From Eukaryota sp. GEM-RC1 (taxonomy: Eukaryota), in NCBI GenBank assembly GCA_040285855.1, contig JAUFOQ010000016.1, positions 372,001-436,000 of the forward strand: DNA of 64,000 nt. Direction: 5' to 3'. The translations under genes and the position numbers were made by a program. Below the pieces are notes generated by a model. The model had not been told where the DNA came from and did not search any database. It saw only the letters and a program-made list of their open reading frames with translations. Of the stretch, positions 35,440 to 48,500 are shown piece after piece (position 1 is the stretch's first letter; every line of letters starts with the position of its first letter).

Positions 35440-36867
35440 CTACATTAGAGAACAGTTTGAATCACCATGATGTTCAATCTTTCTATTCTTCAACTCTGAC
35501 TCCCATTGATCAATCAACGAGTAATCAGTTGCCACTCCAATCGAGTGCTTCAGACAATACAACACCTTTTCTTTTGCAGGGTAATATTCCAATTCTGCAG
35601 CTTTTAGAAATGATTGGTATGCATCAGAAGTATCTTCATCACACCCAACCCCGTTAAGCTTACACATTCCTACCTCAAAAATCCCTTCAGCTCTACCTCT
35701 TTCAGCTGCTTTGGAGTACCATAGAAAGGCTTCACGTGTGTTGAGGTCCACGCCAACCCCTTTTAAATAACAGTGACCAACATATACCATAGCTTCAGCG
35801 TAATTCAGTTGAGCAGCTTGCAAGAAAGCGTTAAAGCACTTTTCAGGGTTCTTCTTAATACCACTACCAGTAAACCAGCATTTACCAAGATTAACCAATG
35901 CGAAATTAAACCCAGCATCAACAGCCTTCGAATACCAATCATAAGCCAATTCCTTATCCACAGCAACTCCCGCTCCAAAGTCATAAGCCAAGGCAGTTTT
36001 GAACATTGACCTCGGACAACCAGTTCTGGCAGCTCGAAAGTGCCAATGGAAAGCATCTTCCTGAGCATCCATTTGAGAGTCGTAGATTTCTCCAATCTTA
36101 TTCATTGCCCAAGGGTGATCTAGGTCAGCAGCCTTTTTGTAGAAAGATATGGCTTTGACTTCATCTTCGTCGGTACCAAGGCCATGTTGGTAGAAATGCC
36201 CTAAATAGAAGAAAGCTTCGGCGTATTTATACTGTGAGGATCGATCTAACCAGTAGAGAGCTTTACTTTCGTCTTGAGGGACGGCTATACCATGATAGTA
36301 GCAGATACCAATCACGTGCATTTCTACACAGCAACCTCCGTTTTCAGCGTGGTGCAGGGTGTTTTGGAAGAGTGTTCGGTACCTATCACATTGCGATGTC
36401 TCTTTGGCCAAGTCATAGTAGTAACGGGCTTTGGAATAGTCAACATCAACATGGACGCCGAACTTATAACAGTCTCCGAGACCAATCATGCATAGGGGAT
36501 CGTTGAGTACTTCTACTCCATCTTGGAGTTTCTCATAGGCTCTGAGTGGTGAAAGTAGAACTCCAAAACCATTCCTCAGGCATAGAGCAGCAAGGTAGGT
36601 GGCCTTACCATGAAGACTGCGGGATGCGTTGTTGAATTTGTTGTAGGCTGCAACAGGATCATTCCGCAGACAAAGCTGGAGAACGCCGTTGATGTAGAGA
36701 CCTTGTTTGTCCTTGGCAGAAGACGCCTTTGAGGACCAGAAGAGGGCTTTCCGTAGATCTATTGGTTCATTATTAAGTCCATAGTAAAAGCGAAGCGTGA
36801 GATTTTGGATGGCAGTCTGGTCACCATCATGACCACTGGGAAGAAGCTGTTCTGTGGGGACTGTCAT
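35440..36867 (-). CDS. Sel1-like repeat protein with C-terminal CaaX motif (CSLM)
   Basis: About 10 repeats of the type A-x-Y-LG-x-Y-x-G-x-G...D-x-KA-x-W(Y)-x-KAA. Confidence 0.92.
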   Translation of the reverse strand: MTVPTEQLLPSGHDGDQTAIQNLTLRFYYGLNNEPIDLRKALFWSSKASSAKDKQGLYINGVLQLCLRNDPVAAYNKFNNASRSLHGKATYLAALCLRNGFGVLLSPLRAYEKLQDGVEVLNDPLCMIGLGDCYKFGVHVDVDYSKARYYYDLAKETSQCDRYRTLFQNTLHHAENGGCCVEMHVIGICYYHGIAVPQDESKALYWLDRSSQYKYAEAFFYLGHFYQHGLGTDEDEVKAISFYKKAADLDHPWAMNKIGEIYDSQMDAQEDAFHWHFRAARTGCPRSMFKTALAYDFGAGVAVDKELAYDWYSKAVDAGFNFALVNLGKCWFTGSGIKKNPEKCFNAFLQAAQLNYAEAMVYVGHCYLKGVGVDLNTREAFLWYSKAAERGRAEGIFEVGMCKLNGVGCDEDTSDAYQSFLKAAELEYYPAKEKVLYCLKHSIGVATDYSLIDQWESELKNRKIEHHGDSNCSLM

Positions 36868-36959
36868 TTGAAAAGAGTATTAAACAGAGATGAAGCATTT
36901 TAGAAAGTTAGCATCACCGTGCCATCACGATGCCATCACGTGTCATTGGGAGTTTCAGA

Positions 36960-38050
36960 CCCTAAACCAGACCACAAACAACAAATCACCTCACCCAACC
37001 ATGTGGATTTCACCTTAAGATCACCTGTCAATTGACCTGGGTGAATTAAGCCTCACCTAGTCACCCAGATCAATAGAATTCAACAATTGATTGAACATAC
37101 ATCTCAAGGAATAATTTCTCACATCTTTCGGCAAATTGTGTAGAAAGAATTTTAATGTAAGTAATTGGAGAGGAAGGTTGCCATTTTCCCTCTTTAAAGC
37201 AATGTTTGGGTATTTTGATTCGATTTTATACCGTCTCTCAGGCATTGGAAGAAAATATGTATTACATATTTAAATATTTATTGTGATCTTACAAACATTA
37301 GCATTATTTATTGGTTTAGAATAAAACTATATATTTATTGCAATTATTGCAAAATATTGCGTTCAGACTTTCTGAGATAAACTTTCAGAAAATTGCCACT
37401 AGTTGGTTACTTATCATGATACACACTAACTAACATTCACTTGAATTTCAATTTATTAGAAGAATCTCTATTGATGAGTGACCTAACCTCTTCTGTGAAC
37501 TATTGTTGTCCAAACTTAAACATATTTATTGGTTCGGAAAACAATATTTTATTGCAAAAAAATATTTTTTTCTGATACCTGACGTTTCTTTCCAGATTAA
37601 GATGTATTAGAATCTCCTTTGTCAAGTTTGATGGTATTCTTTATTGGTAATTGTTAATTCTAAATAAAGATCGTTCTTTTCCTTCTCAATGTGTAATTTT
37701 GAACACAAAAAATCTATGAGTGTGGTCCGTCAATTACCAGTAAGACCATAAAAGCTGTTCGTTCATTGAAGCTCCTTTTTTTCATTTTGTGAAATCCGGA
37801 CATTGAAAAGTAGCTTTCGAATGTTACAGTCATTTTAGAGAGATAAAACTTGGTCAAAATGTAAGCACCCCAAATGAAATTAACATAGTTGAAAACAAAA
37901 TGTATCTTCTTTTTGAAAACCAAACGTTCGAATAGTATTCCATCAGAAATGTATTAAACATCGAACACTGCAATTCGTTGTATGATCAATGATGAACGTT
38001 TGTTCTCGTTAAATAATTAATGGGCCAGGTCACCTCACATGGGTGACAGT
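36960..38050 (-). mobile_element. Decayed hAT-like transposon remnant
   Basis: TCACC/GGTGA motif clusters at both ends. ORF 37714..37923 ILTKFYLSKMTVTFESYFSMSGFHKMKKRS resembles the hAT C-terminal dimerisation motif. Confidence 0.5.
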
Positions 38051-38478
38051 ACTACTAGTACTAGTAGTAGTTATCAGTAAATCGTCCAATTCTTAAACCT
38101 TCTCTGGAGTGACAATTTTGTTGACTGTCATGAAGGGTAAAACTGTTTGGTTTAACCTTCTGGACCAATATACCTTGTAGCTGTGTAAGGGAAGCTGGCC
38201 AAACTGCTTAGATTATGTTTACTGCTTGGTGGTGATCGATCGAAACAGAAACGAGACAGAAACTGTGGAAACAGTCACAGTACAGCACTGGTTACTGTTG
38301 GTGGTAAAATATATTGGAGCAAAGAAATTGATACTCAGAAGTTTACACATGTCAAAAATTCAAATTTTAACTTATTTTCAACTCATGAACTTGAACTTTG
38401 ACAACCTTAGTATCAGTGGACACCAACGCTATCCGTTGAACGATGTTGCTTGTCAGGGGAAGAGATCACTTCGTGAAC

Positions 38479-39333
38479 ATGGACGACGATCCCATAATGG
38501 TCCCCATTCATTGGCAAGATGTCCGAGTAGAAGATACACGCAAAATACTGGACAAGTTGAATGAAAGCTCTGACGATCTCAAACGCCAAGGCCAGTTTCT
38601 CTTTGATGAAACGAGTTCAAAGTACTATGATGCTGATGGCTCTTCGTTGACTGAAAAAGACCGCAGGATCATCTCACATATGCGCTCACGATGGATAGCT
38701 GCTCAAAAGAAGAGTTTGAATCGCTTTGTGATCACTAAACACTGGGATTCAGATTTCAACCTTGTGGAAGAGCCCATGTGGATCGTACGCAATGAAGGTG
38801 GTTGTTTCACAAAACAAGAGACAACTCACTGGCTATTGTTTCGAAGAAGAAACTATAATGGACATATTGGCCCTTTCCAGGTTAAAATTAAGGGATTCAT
38901 CCAAGAATTTTGTCTAAAGTTAAGAAGACAGTTTCAAGCAGCACTGCCTCCTTGGTTTCACATTTTCTGGAATGGATATCTCATCACCAAGCACTTCGCA
39001 TTTGACCTTCCTCAAAAGAAACAGGATGAACTCTGCAGTCAGATCTTCTCAATGATTCTATATCTACTGGAATACCACAATATCGACCTCTGCTCCATTG
39101 ATGCGTTTGCAGACATTGAACGTCCGGAAAGAATGATTCCCAAGGATCGATCTGGTGACATTTGGTTGTATCTTCCAAGGTTTCTGTTATTGAACTGTCA
39201 ACACGGACAGACAAACCTTGAACAACTATATTACGGGTTCAATGAAGGACTCATTTGTGGACAGTGGAATCTCAAAGAAACTGAAACTTGTTCAAAGTCG
39301 ATCCGTACAGCCTTTAAACAAGTTCGAATTTAA
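38479..39333 (+). CDS. Hypothetical protein, possibly the 3' part of a longer disrupted gene
   Basis: 284-aa globular-looking ORF from ATG 38479; an overlapping upstream frame spans 38226..38564. Confidence 0.55.
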   Translation: MDDDPIMVPIHWQDVRVEDTRKILDKLNESSDDLKRQGQFLFDETSSKYYDADGSSLTEKDRRIISHMRSRWIAAQKKSLNRFVITKHWDSDFNLVEEPMWIVRNEGGCFTKQETTHWLLFRRRNYNGHIGPFQVKIKGFIQEFCLKLRRQFQAALPPWFHIFWNGYLITKHFAFDLPQKKQDELCSQIFSMILYLLEYHNIDLCSIDAFADIERPERMIPKDRSGDIWLYLPRFLLLNCQHGQTNLEQLYYGFNEGLICGQWNLKETETCSKSIRTAFKQVRI

Positions 39334-39566
39334 GTGTAGATTTTAAATTATTGTTCATATAAACTAACTTTGAAATATGTGTATTTATTCATTGATTCAC
39401 TCTGATACAAATACACTCATGTATATTGAAACAAGATGGTCGAATTGTCAAGTCTTAATGACTATCAAATCTAACAAACATAATAGAAATCAACATGGCC
39501 TACTATAATACAAACAAACTAAAGAAATTAATAAACATTACAAGATCCCTTCTTGAAAAAAGATCG

Positions 39567-40748
39567 CTAACCATTCCGAAGACGTTCATTCTCCTCCTCC
39601 AACTCCTTTATTCTCCTTTTCAGCATCAAATTCTCTTGCACAAGACCTTCTGACCTAGCGACTTCTTCAGATAGAGCCAAATGCAGCTCATTGACTTCTC
39701 CAGACCGTGGGTCCACCCCCCGGTAAGACAGGTCATTATCTGGATCAAGTTTTGACTTGGACAAGGGAGCGGTATATGAGTGACGGAAACGTGTCGGACT
39801 TTCATCAGTACGACTCAAAAACGATGATGATTGTGATCGTTGAGTCGACGATCCAATCATCGACGCAATCAAATCAGGTGACCTGCAATTCTGCGTGATT
39901 CTGATCAACCCCGAATCTGCCTTAATCATATGCGCTCTTCCATCAAGCACAGTCAAATGTAACACCTTTGGATCAGGCTCAGAAAGAACCATTCTTGATA
40001 AATGATTGAACAAAGTTTCCCTCCAACAAGGAGTTACCTTATGATGACCTTGAAGTTGAGAGAACAGTCTGGAGACCCCTCGTTGGGAATGACGTGATGA
40101 CAGAGATCCAACCATGAGGATTGTGGGAGAGACAGATCCAAGGAAGTAGAGATAAAAGAATAAAACAACATCATGTGAGGAAGACTTTGATAGTTTCTTG
40201 GAAAGAATGTGAGACCGATGATGCAGTTGTTGCAGTATTGTGTAACCAGATTGAGGTGACGTGAGAGTAACACTAGAAGCTGATGGAACAACAGTTTTGT
40301 TGTTTGAATCTGTTTGAATTTTGATTGTGGTTGAACGTGATGAAAGGAGGTCGTAAAGAGACGACTCAGTAAGGTGGAGTGCTGTGAGCGAGATATGTAG
40401 TTGGTCAGAATGATGTGATCTGAAAGAGAATAAGTGCTGGAGAAGTGGAAAATAAATAGAAGATGGCGAACTGGGTGGAAGTAACAGAGAGTCGAGAGAT
40501 GAAGGTAGACCTGTGAAGATGAGCAGTGCATGTTGGAAAGAAGTCAGAACTGGTGCAAGAAATCGAGATTTCAGAACAGTATCATACAGAAAAGATGATG
40601 ATAGTGATGTTGGGGGAATGACGAAGTCGAAAGGAATCTGAGAACCTGAATCTTGGCAGACAATAGACGAACTATCAGAATCAACAGATAGCAGAGCATT
40701 TGCCTGTTGATGGCATGCAGAACAGCCAAACAACAACACAGACGACAT
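39567..40748 (-). CDS. Divergent kinesin-like motor-domain protein, probably ATPase-dead
   Basis: Kinesin landmarks in order: FDFV, ISLTALHLTESSLYDLL, IKIQTD, SSSHDVV, PCWRETLFNHL, then a C-terminal coiled coil. The P-loop and switch II are degenerate. Confidence 0.65.
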   Translation of the reverse strand: MSSVLLFGCSACHQQANALLSVDSDSSSIVCQDSGSQIPFDFVIPPTSLSSSFLYDTVLKSRFLAPVLTSFQHALLIFTGLPSSLDSLLLPPSSPSSIYFPLLQHLFSFRSHHSDQLHISLTALHLTESSLYDLLSSRSTTIKIQTDSNNKTVVPSASSVTLTSPQSGYTILQQLHHRSHILSKKLSKSSSHDVVLFFYLYFLGSVSPTILMVGSLSSRHSQRGVSRLFSQLQGHHKVTPCWRETLFNHLSRMVLSEPDPKVLHLTVLDGRAHMIKADSGLIRITQNCRSPDLIASMIGSSTQRSQSSSFLSRTDESPTRFRHSYTAPLSKSKLDPDNDLSYRGVDPRSGEVNELHLALSEEVARSEGLVQENLMLKRRIKELEEENERLRNG

Positions 40749-40769
40749 AAAGCAAGTTGTTTTAGAAAC

Positions 40770-41746
40770 TAAACCTAGACTGAAATTGTCTTTTAATTCA
40801 AAGAATTTTATTCTGTACCTATTATTTGACTTGGCTCGGCCAAAGAAAAAAATCCAGCTTTCGCAAATTTTTTAATCGATTTGAAGGACAGTTCTTCAGT
40901 TGCTTTGATTAACCAAATTCCTCAGATTTATGGTTTGTTGTTGAATGATCATCAATGGACTACAACATTCAGACTTCGATGTTTCTTGTGGCCCTCTAAT
41001 TTACCCAATGATCTTCAATGTAAATGTGGTAAATTAGTTACTTTTTCTCACCTTTTGAGTTGTAATCGTTTCATTACTTATAGAACTTGTATTCATGATG
41101 CTGTTAGAGATCAAATTCATGCCATGTGTAAGTCCTACAAAATCGAATCTTTCGTTGAGCCACTGTTGAGGTCACTGGAAATCAATAATTCAAAAAATAG
41201 TGATTCTGATAAGACTTTTGGTAAAAGAAGAGCTGATGTCATAGTTCCATCAGTCAACGATGAACTAACCGTTGTTGATGTGATTACTGTGGATGTTTGC
41301 AAAAAAAGTGCTTTCAAGGATGCTAAAAATGAAGTTTCTCCACTGAATTCTTCAGAACAATACAAGAGAAACAAATATGATGAACCACTGACTGCTCTCA
41401 AACATATTAGACATGTTGAGTACAAATTATGTCCTTTTGCAATTTCAATTTATGGTCGACTTGGTAGAGATGCTCTTTGTTTTCTCTCCGATTTTGAGAA
41501 AGTGGTTAAAAAAAGAATGAACAAGAAATTTGATTTCAAATTTTGGTTGAATCGTATTGTTTTTACAATATTTAAAACAATTCCTATCATGATTTCAAAA
41601 GCTCTATTAGCTCTCAGTGTTTTTTATGAAGAAAAAGCTGATGTGAGTTTTAATGGCAATGATTGTTGCTTTAATGATATTGAGTTCTAGTATTTGTGTT
41701 TATTTTAGTGTTTTCATTCCATAAACTGTGCTTTGTAAAAAAAAAA
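40770..41746 (+). mobile_element. 5'-truncated RLE-type non-LTR retrotransposon with poly(A) tail
   Basis: RLR...CKCG...HLLSC knuckle, HDAVRD, RADVIV...VVDV...KRNKY restriction-like endonuclease, then a short 3' UTR and A10 at 41737-41746. Confidence 0.88.
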
Positions 41747-42689
41747 TTAAGGTAACCTTCCTACATAACTAAGAAATTGCACAAACAAACCAATAATACT
41801 AAGGTTTAAAATATTAATTTAATTCTTTTAAATATGTTGTAATGATGAATGTGTCATCATGAGTGGATTACTCAGATAACTACGATTTATGATCATGTGT
41901 GTAGAAAACCAAACACATATATGTGCACTGTTCATTGTTTTTTAGTTGAATCATTTGTAAGACCACATCAACTGACTGAAATGTATGATCAACGTTTAGT
42001 ATAGCTCTGTTTCAACAATAATTCAGCTGGAGCTGCTACACAAGTAGTGCCGTCCAAACTACCAGTGCCAAATTTAGCTCAAGACTGTTGAAGAGAGTTC
42101 GATCTAGAGATACAGATGTTATAAGTCATGAGGGGGTGTACTTAGATAGAGTTGATCGGAATAGTCTTCATAGTGACGTGAAAAGGAAAACTGCCTATTG
42201 CAATCAAATAGGGCTTCAAAGAGTAGAGAATATCATCCAAGTTGGACGATCGTTGAAAAGTAAACGAAAACGTGAGGAAAATCGAGTTTAAGGCCCAAAC
42301 TAAATGTAAGTTACTATCGATCCACCTACTAATGTTTGTAATGGCGTAATAGCCTCATTTGTATCATTTATAAATTGACTTATCTCTCACAACATGGTAC
42401 CTAAGACCAACAGTACAGTAGTATCGATATAAGCACATAGTTTCAACAGAAAAGTCTCTTCACCCTTGAATCATGAAGTTTCACTGGTCTTTATCGAAGT
42501 TTGGTTTTAAAAAGAGAGTATGTTGTTTACAACTGCAATATTGAGGAATAAGAAAGACTACATACAAAATAATATGTAGAACTCATTACACTTATAAAAA
42601 TGTAGACATGCATAATAATCACAGCCAATATTTACATTACTTAATTCATTTTATAAAAACATTCGGCTTGAAATATTAATACTAAAAAA

Positions 42690-43500
42690 CCATTTTTTCT
42701 CTCTTCATATCTGCATATGCCATCATCTGCTTACATTAAGCCCGCAAGAGGTCGCCCTAAAGGTTCGGTGACTACTTGTTCTGCTTGTAAGGCTACTGGG
42801 CATACAAAAACAAGTCGTGTCCGTAAAGCTATATCTGATAAAGCCACACTTTTTGCCCTTTCTAGTCCTCCTGATTCTGTGGCGAGTCTTTAACCTATCA
42901 ATTGCACGATTCTTAGAAACATATTTAAGTAATTTTTCCCATTGTTCCCGGGGACGGAGACGACTCCGACTGATCCCCCTAGCTTCTCACAAAGGGTCAA
43001 AAATGTTGGATGTACCTCCAAACATCTTCAGAAATTCTACCAAATTTCCGAATGGTACAAAATCTGGACGATTGTTCATTTCCAACGAATTTTTAAAACC
43101 TGTCCACATTCAAAGTTTCGAATGTGGTCTCCCACGGTCCAACTATGTGGGTAAGCTAACCACTGATTTAGTCGATGACATTGTTGACCAATGTCAAAGT
43201 CGTATGTTGGCTACCAATGGTAATGGTAGTTCGGCCATGACAACCTTTCACGGTGATCATTATCCGTCGCCCAGTCCTTCTCACAGATGTTGCAGCCCTG
43301 GTTCAGGTCGACATTTGAGAGGTTTTTGAAAAACCTCCAATTTCAGAATGGAAGTTAATGATTCAGTGTCAAAATGTTGCGGAATTAAAAGTGTTGGTTC
43401 CGAATGTAAATTGTTCTGAATTGGTTTACCACATTTTGAATAATTTACATATTTGAATTTTGAATGTTATAGAAATTCTGAGTGGCGGAAATTCCTTCCT
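42690..43500 (+). mobile_element. Unclassified zinc-finger element, internally deleted copy
   Basis: ATG 42717 MPSSAYIKPARGRPKGSVTTCSACKATGHTK. The YVGKLTTDLVDDIVDQCQSRMLATNGNGSS block is identical to that at about 24690-24778. The 3' block matches 24366-24520. Confidence 0.75.
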
Positions 43501-43804
43501 TGTTTATTATATCTGATGACTCAATTTGACCGCTTCCTTAGTTGAATTTAAGCCTCGGAAGGTTCCAAAAAACCACTCGCAGTTTTCCATAATGAGTTCT
43601 AAGAGGAAAATACAAATCATCATAAAAATAAAAGCTATGAAACACTAGACACAGAAAATTCCTGGTCAACAGTACCACAGTCTTAATACAACTTTGTGGT
43701 AATTGATTTAAATAACTTAGACATCGAATTGTTAAAGACACCAAGTGTTGGAAATTGCTTCCAACACAAACTAGTCTTAATCAATCAAAAAAAAACAATG
43801 GTGA

Positions 43805-44524
43805 TTAATTGACAATCAATTCAAAGAGAGAAGAAGAAGTAGGGAGAATGCTGTCAACAATGGAAAGAGTTCTCTCAGCATCTTGGTACTCTCCCCATTC
43901 ATTTCCTACATCTGCAGGGGAGAAGAGGACTAGTAGCGGAAGCTTCCTCTGCTGTACGAGGGAAATAATAGGGAATAGTATCAAGAAGAGTTCTGTAGGT
44001 ATGAGTATAACCAATGTTTTCTGGAACGTTTAGGATGATTTTACATGACAATTCCGATTGAGTCTGGATACAATGATCAAAGAACTTGCGGATGGAACGT
44101 AGAACAATGTGGATAGCATCTTGTTCAGGATAATCCTTGTTCTTAGACCAAATGGGAGTTAAGCAAACAATAGAGAAATTATTCTCAATGGCCAATTCCA
44201 GAGACGCCCGGACGCAGCTGTGGAGAGTATTAACAGAGGCAGAGTAGTATTTGAAGGCATACCTAGGATCTACGCCCGCTACAACAGCAGAACATGGCAG
44301 GGAAAAGGCTGGAAAGACAGCTGATTCACCAGTTCTCAGGGCTCTAGAGAATATAGTTTCTGAGAGCTGCTGCCCAGCCACAGACATGATGTGAGAAGCA
44401 AATTCTGAAGTCTTGGACTGATGTTCTGGGACTGAGAAAACCAGGCAATCGACATCTAGAAGAGTGGGATCTCCTAAGTGTATATATAATGTAGAATTTA
44501 AGTCAGAATTGACAGAGAAAACAT
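43805..44524 (-). CDS. GDAP2-like macrodomain protein; apparent frameshifts near 44520 and 43918
   Basis: FSVNSDLNSTLYIHLGDPTLLDVD, LRTGES, GVDPRYAFKY, AIHIVLRSIRKF, YFPR and, in a shifted frame, LPADVGNEWGE...ERTLSI. Confidence 0.85.
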
Positions 44525-44644
44525 GTGTATCAGGTCAGCGAAGAAGACAACTGATGAAAAGAAGTTGTTCCCAACTTTTAAGTAAAGTTCGTAGATATCT
44601 ATATCATATATCCTATACAATTAGCTCAGGACGTTCAGACATCC

Positions 44645-44678
44645 TATCCGAACTAAAATCCGAACTGAAATCCGAACA
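44645..44678 (+). repeat. Short tandem repeat ATCCGAACTRAA x3
   Basis: ATCCGAACTAAA-ATCCGAACTGAA-ATCCGAAC. Confidence 0.7.
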
Positions 44679-45060
44679 AGGGGATTCTTCTCAGTTCTTT
44701 CTTCACTGTATGAGAACACCAACAGCATCTAAAAACACGAGTGTATTACATTTTTATCTTTTACAGCCGTATTACAATGTCTTCAGGGGAGTGTTGCAGT
44801 AATGCACATAAACACTTCAGATCTTGTTGATTCAACAATATAGCATTGGTAGTAGTCGTAACATTGTTCTATGCCCAATCACTACTCGTGGGAAGTTCTG
44901 GACACCGCTTTCAACTCGTCATCAGTCAGTTTTTCACTAAGTGTCAGGAACAACTCATTAAGACAAGACAATAATGGGCTGGAAGCAACTAGTTAATTGA
45001 ACCAAAATTGTTGTATAACACTCATTTTTGCACTTTGATAGTATGTACATGTACTAGTAT

Positions 45061-45140
45061 GTACTCTAATTAACCTAATACTAGTCATGAGCTAATACTC
45101 GTTAGCAATGGGTAGGGTAGTATTAGGTAAATTAGAGTAC
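45061..45140. mobile_element. 80-bp minimal TIR element
   Basis: GTACTCTAATTAACCTAATACTA...TAGTATTAGGTAAATTAGAGTAC; same TIR as 54740-55796. Confidence 0.8.
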
Positions 45141-45552
45141 ACCGTAGTGTTGTTATGAATAAAATAGAGAATAACAATAATAAAAAACTGTGATAGTATG
45201 ACAACAATGATGTTGACAATCGTTCTAACGATGTGCAGCATTTTATTCCTGTCACGTTCAACCGGACGAAACAAATTGTGAAACCAATAACGTGTCGTGT
45301 TCTAATAGAGGTTTCACTCTATTTCTTCAAAGAAACAACAACACCCACAATATTTACGTCCTCCTTCCTCCCTCTATCTACTTGTTGTAATGTTGAAGTG
45401 GCAGATTCTCATTTTGGACCACAAGAATTAGAATTTTGTTTTTTCAAACTGTGTAAATATGTCTCATAATCATATAGAAAATGTCATTTAAGTTTATTTT
45501 AACCAACTATCAAGAAGAAAGAATTCTGAATTTCGCGCAGTTTAATACATCC

Positions 45553-48500
45553 ATGGAAGATGAATAAGCAGAGAAGGATGACGAATCTTTAAATGTTGAC
45601 CTTAGTAAGATGGATGTTCAAAGCGTAATACATGACAGTACAAGTGAAAACCCTGTGCATTTTGGGGTTGAATCAAACGAGAATGATGTCAATGTGGAGG
45701 AAACACTGGGTTGTCCAACAAGAAAAACTAGTAGAACTAATCAGTCGACAATTGATGAACTAAAGTAGCTTCAAAAATAGTGTTGTTCAAGTTCGGGAAG
45801 CAACTGTTTAACTGTCTGTTGTTGGAGCCTAAATCGGGGAGATAAGTCACAACATGATAATTGTTGATATCAGTTATGAAGAGTACACATTTCTTATCAC
45901 GTGTGATTGTGATTGGTAATCACAAATCACAAACCAAAAACAAAATGGATGTGAAGTACAACTATTACTATTGGTCCAAGGCTTAATACTGAAAGTCAAG
46001 CTAAGAAGTTTTGACCTACGCTTTGGTGCTTTTACACTGTTACTGAGAGGATTGGAACCACACACTCTTTGTTTCTTAACTATCCTCACTTTCTTAACTG
46101 ATCTAGATCTCAGCTTGATGCTATTATTAATTCAGATGCTGTATCAATTGCTCAATTTCTAATACACAATTAAAATTATTTTGATAACCATTTATTCATG
46201 AGCTCACAGTTATATGATGTCATATGGCATACCGAAGAAGACACTCTGTATGAAGCTCACTGGTGGACTTTTGATGAGATTAAGCTAATGAAGAAGAAAT
46301 ACAGGGAAGATCTGACAAATACGAGACCACTGCCGCAACTGTTGAGACTTCTTGTTCATCATTGAAGATGAAGGCGAACCTCTTGACGTATAAACAACAA
46401 TATCCCGACTTACCACTGTGAACGAAAAGCTTACTCCTGTTCAAAACATTGGAATTCTTCCACGAATCGACCAACGCAAAATTGTGCTCTTTTGATCAGA
46501 GGATGAGTTGTCAAATTTCTCTAGTGATCTACAACATGAGATGATGAAATTGTTACCTTGTGAAGATAAATCAACAGTGGACCAGAATTTTTTTTTACAT
46601 TCGGTAAGCGTTTCTTCAATGAAAAACAGACGCAATTGCAAGATACATCTTCTAGATCGCTGTCTCAATTGCCAATGTCTCGAATCATTGCTGATTTTTT
46701 GTTTGATTGGTGGGCATTAGGTGGGGAAGAATTACCTGAAAAAAATAAGCAAGATTTGGTTAAGAAATCATTTCCCTCGACAAAACAAAATCAATCATCT
46801 CAAATGGAGTTTGAATATTGTGTATTTTTGGTAAATCGTCTTTTGAATGAGATTGCTGTTAATTGCCGCTTTGGTTTGAAAAATATGCAGAAACAGCTCA
46901 ATTTCATGGCATATTCTCTTAACGTTTCAACCAAACACAGTGAAACAATTGTTTTTACTACATTACGAATCTTATTAGCCGATGAGATCAAGAATCCGAG
47001 CCTACCGAAACATTTAGATGGCAGTTTCTTGAATTCAGGACATTTCCAAGAATGGCCAGTACCAGAATATAATGTTGAAATACCACAAAGTTTTCATACT
47101 TGGTACAGAGTTGGACAACATTGTCAAGACGTTGGTTCCTCTGATGTTCTACTTATTGGATCCTTAGCGGAATCTTTTGAGCAACTACACTTCGCAGTTG
47201 TACAAAAATTTGATCGTTTGGGTCGTCATACACCATGGTCACGTGATCATGGTCGAAGATCAATGTAATGACACGGTATCAGATTTAACCTTTGACCGTC
47301 ATGTGTGTAGTCAAAATGGGTTCGCTTAGCAATTTCATTCGACAAATTGCATCAATGATTGACGTCAAAATTCCAGAAACAATCAAGTATCAAATTGGAT
47401 GACGTGATAGAAGTCCCGATATTGTGTGCGGGAAATTGTTATCTCCAAATTCCGAATTCTTAAATGGGTTGAATGATTCATAACTGGAAGCTATTCTTCA
47501 TCGCTGGTGCTCCTGAATAAAACGGGTAAAACAAAAACCATTGTAAAGTTGATACTATCGTTGTTAAATGATGCAATTAAAGTATGGGTAGCTGCTCCTT
47601 CTAATAATGATGTTGAAGTTATTTTATTCAAGCTTTTGCAGGAATCGACTTCAGTTCAACGTGATCGCTTTTTGAGAATTACAGCACAAATTGAGCCTAA
47701 TCCTAAAGTAGCAGATTCCTTACTGTCCACAAGAATAACTGAAAAGAACTCCAAGATTCCAGGAGTGATCAGCAAGCCAAGTAACCTAAGGTTGATGACG
47801 ACCTTGATCAGGAAGAGGAACAATTTGAGCTATCATGGATTAAAGATAGTTTTGACGTTGTTTTCACCACTTTAGCGATTGCTAATGGTTATCGTCAGCA
47901 GAATATATTTAATCCTGATGTGATGATTATTGATGAGGCAGGTCAATCTACTGAACCTGAAATTATTTCATCTTTAAAAAATTTTTACTGATGCAACCTC
48001 AGTTTGTGTTGTTGGTGATCATCATCAATCGCCTCCAGTTGTTTTGAGTAAAAATTCCGTTTTGTCAGAATCAATTCTTGAGAGATACTCAGAAAGAATG
48101 AAGTTGTTGAAAAGATATTTTGTTTTAACTGAACAATATCGTCAGGTTAAAAATCTTTGGGAGTTCTCAAACAAGTTGTGGTACCAGAATTTAATTAATA
48201 CTTTTCCAACTGCAAGACCTTTGTCTTTACCAAAGCGGTATTTTTCCAACACAAAAGAATCTCGACATCAATTTGATCGCCAAAGAAATCACAGTTTGTT
48301 TAACAGAGCTGAAGCTCAAAAAATCGTTGTACGAATTGACAACATTTTGAATTATTTGTTGATTCTTTGAATTACTATGATAATATATCAATTGTAATTT
48401 TGACTCCCCACAGAGCTCAAGTTGTAGTTGTCAAAGAATAAGTTGAGCAAAGAATACATGCAGAGTTTCATGAAATCATTGAAGTTTCGACCACTGATGG

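Noticed and set aside
41747..41757. TTAAGGTAACC after the poly(A), resembling the R2 28S target TTAAGGTAGCC
   Set aside because: No surrounding rDNA similarity, and the junction position does not match R2 insertion.
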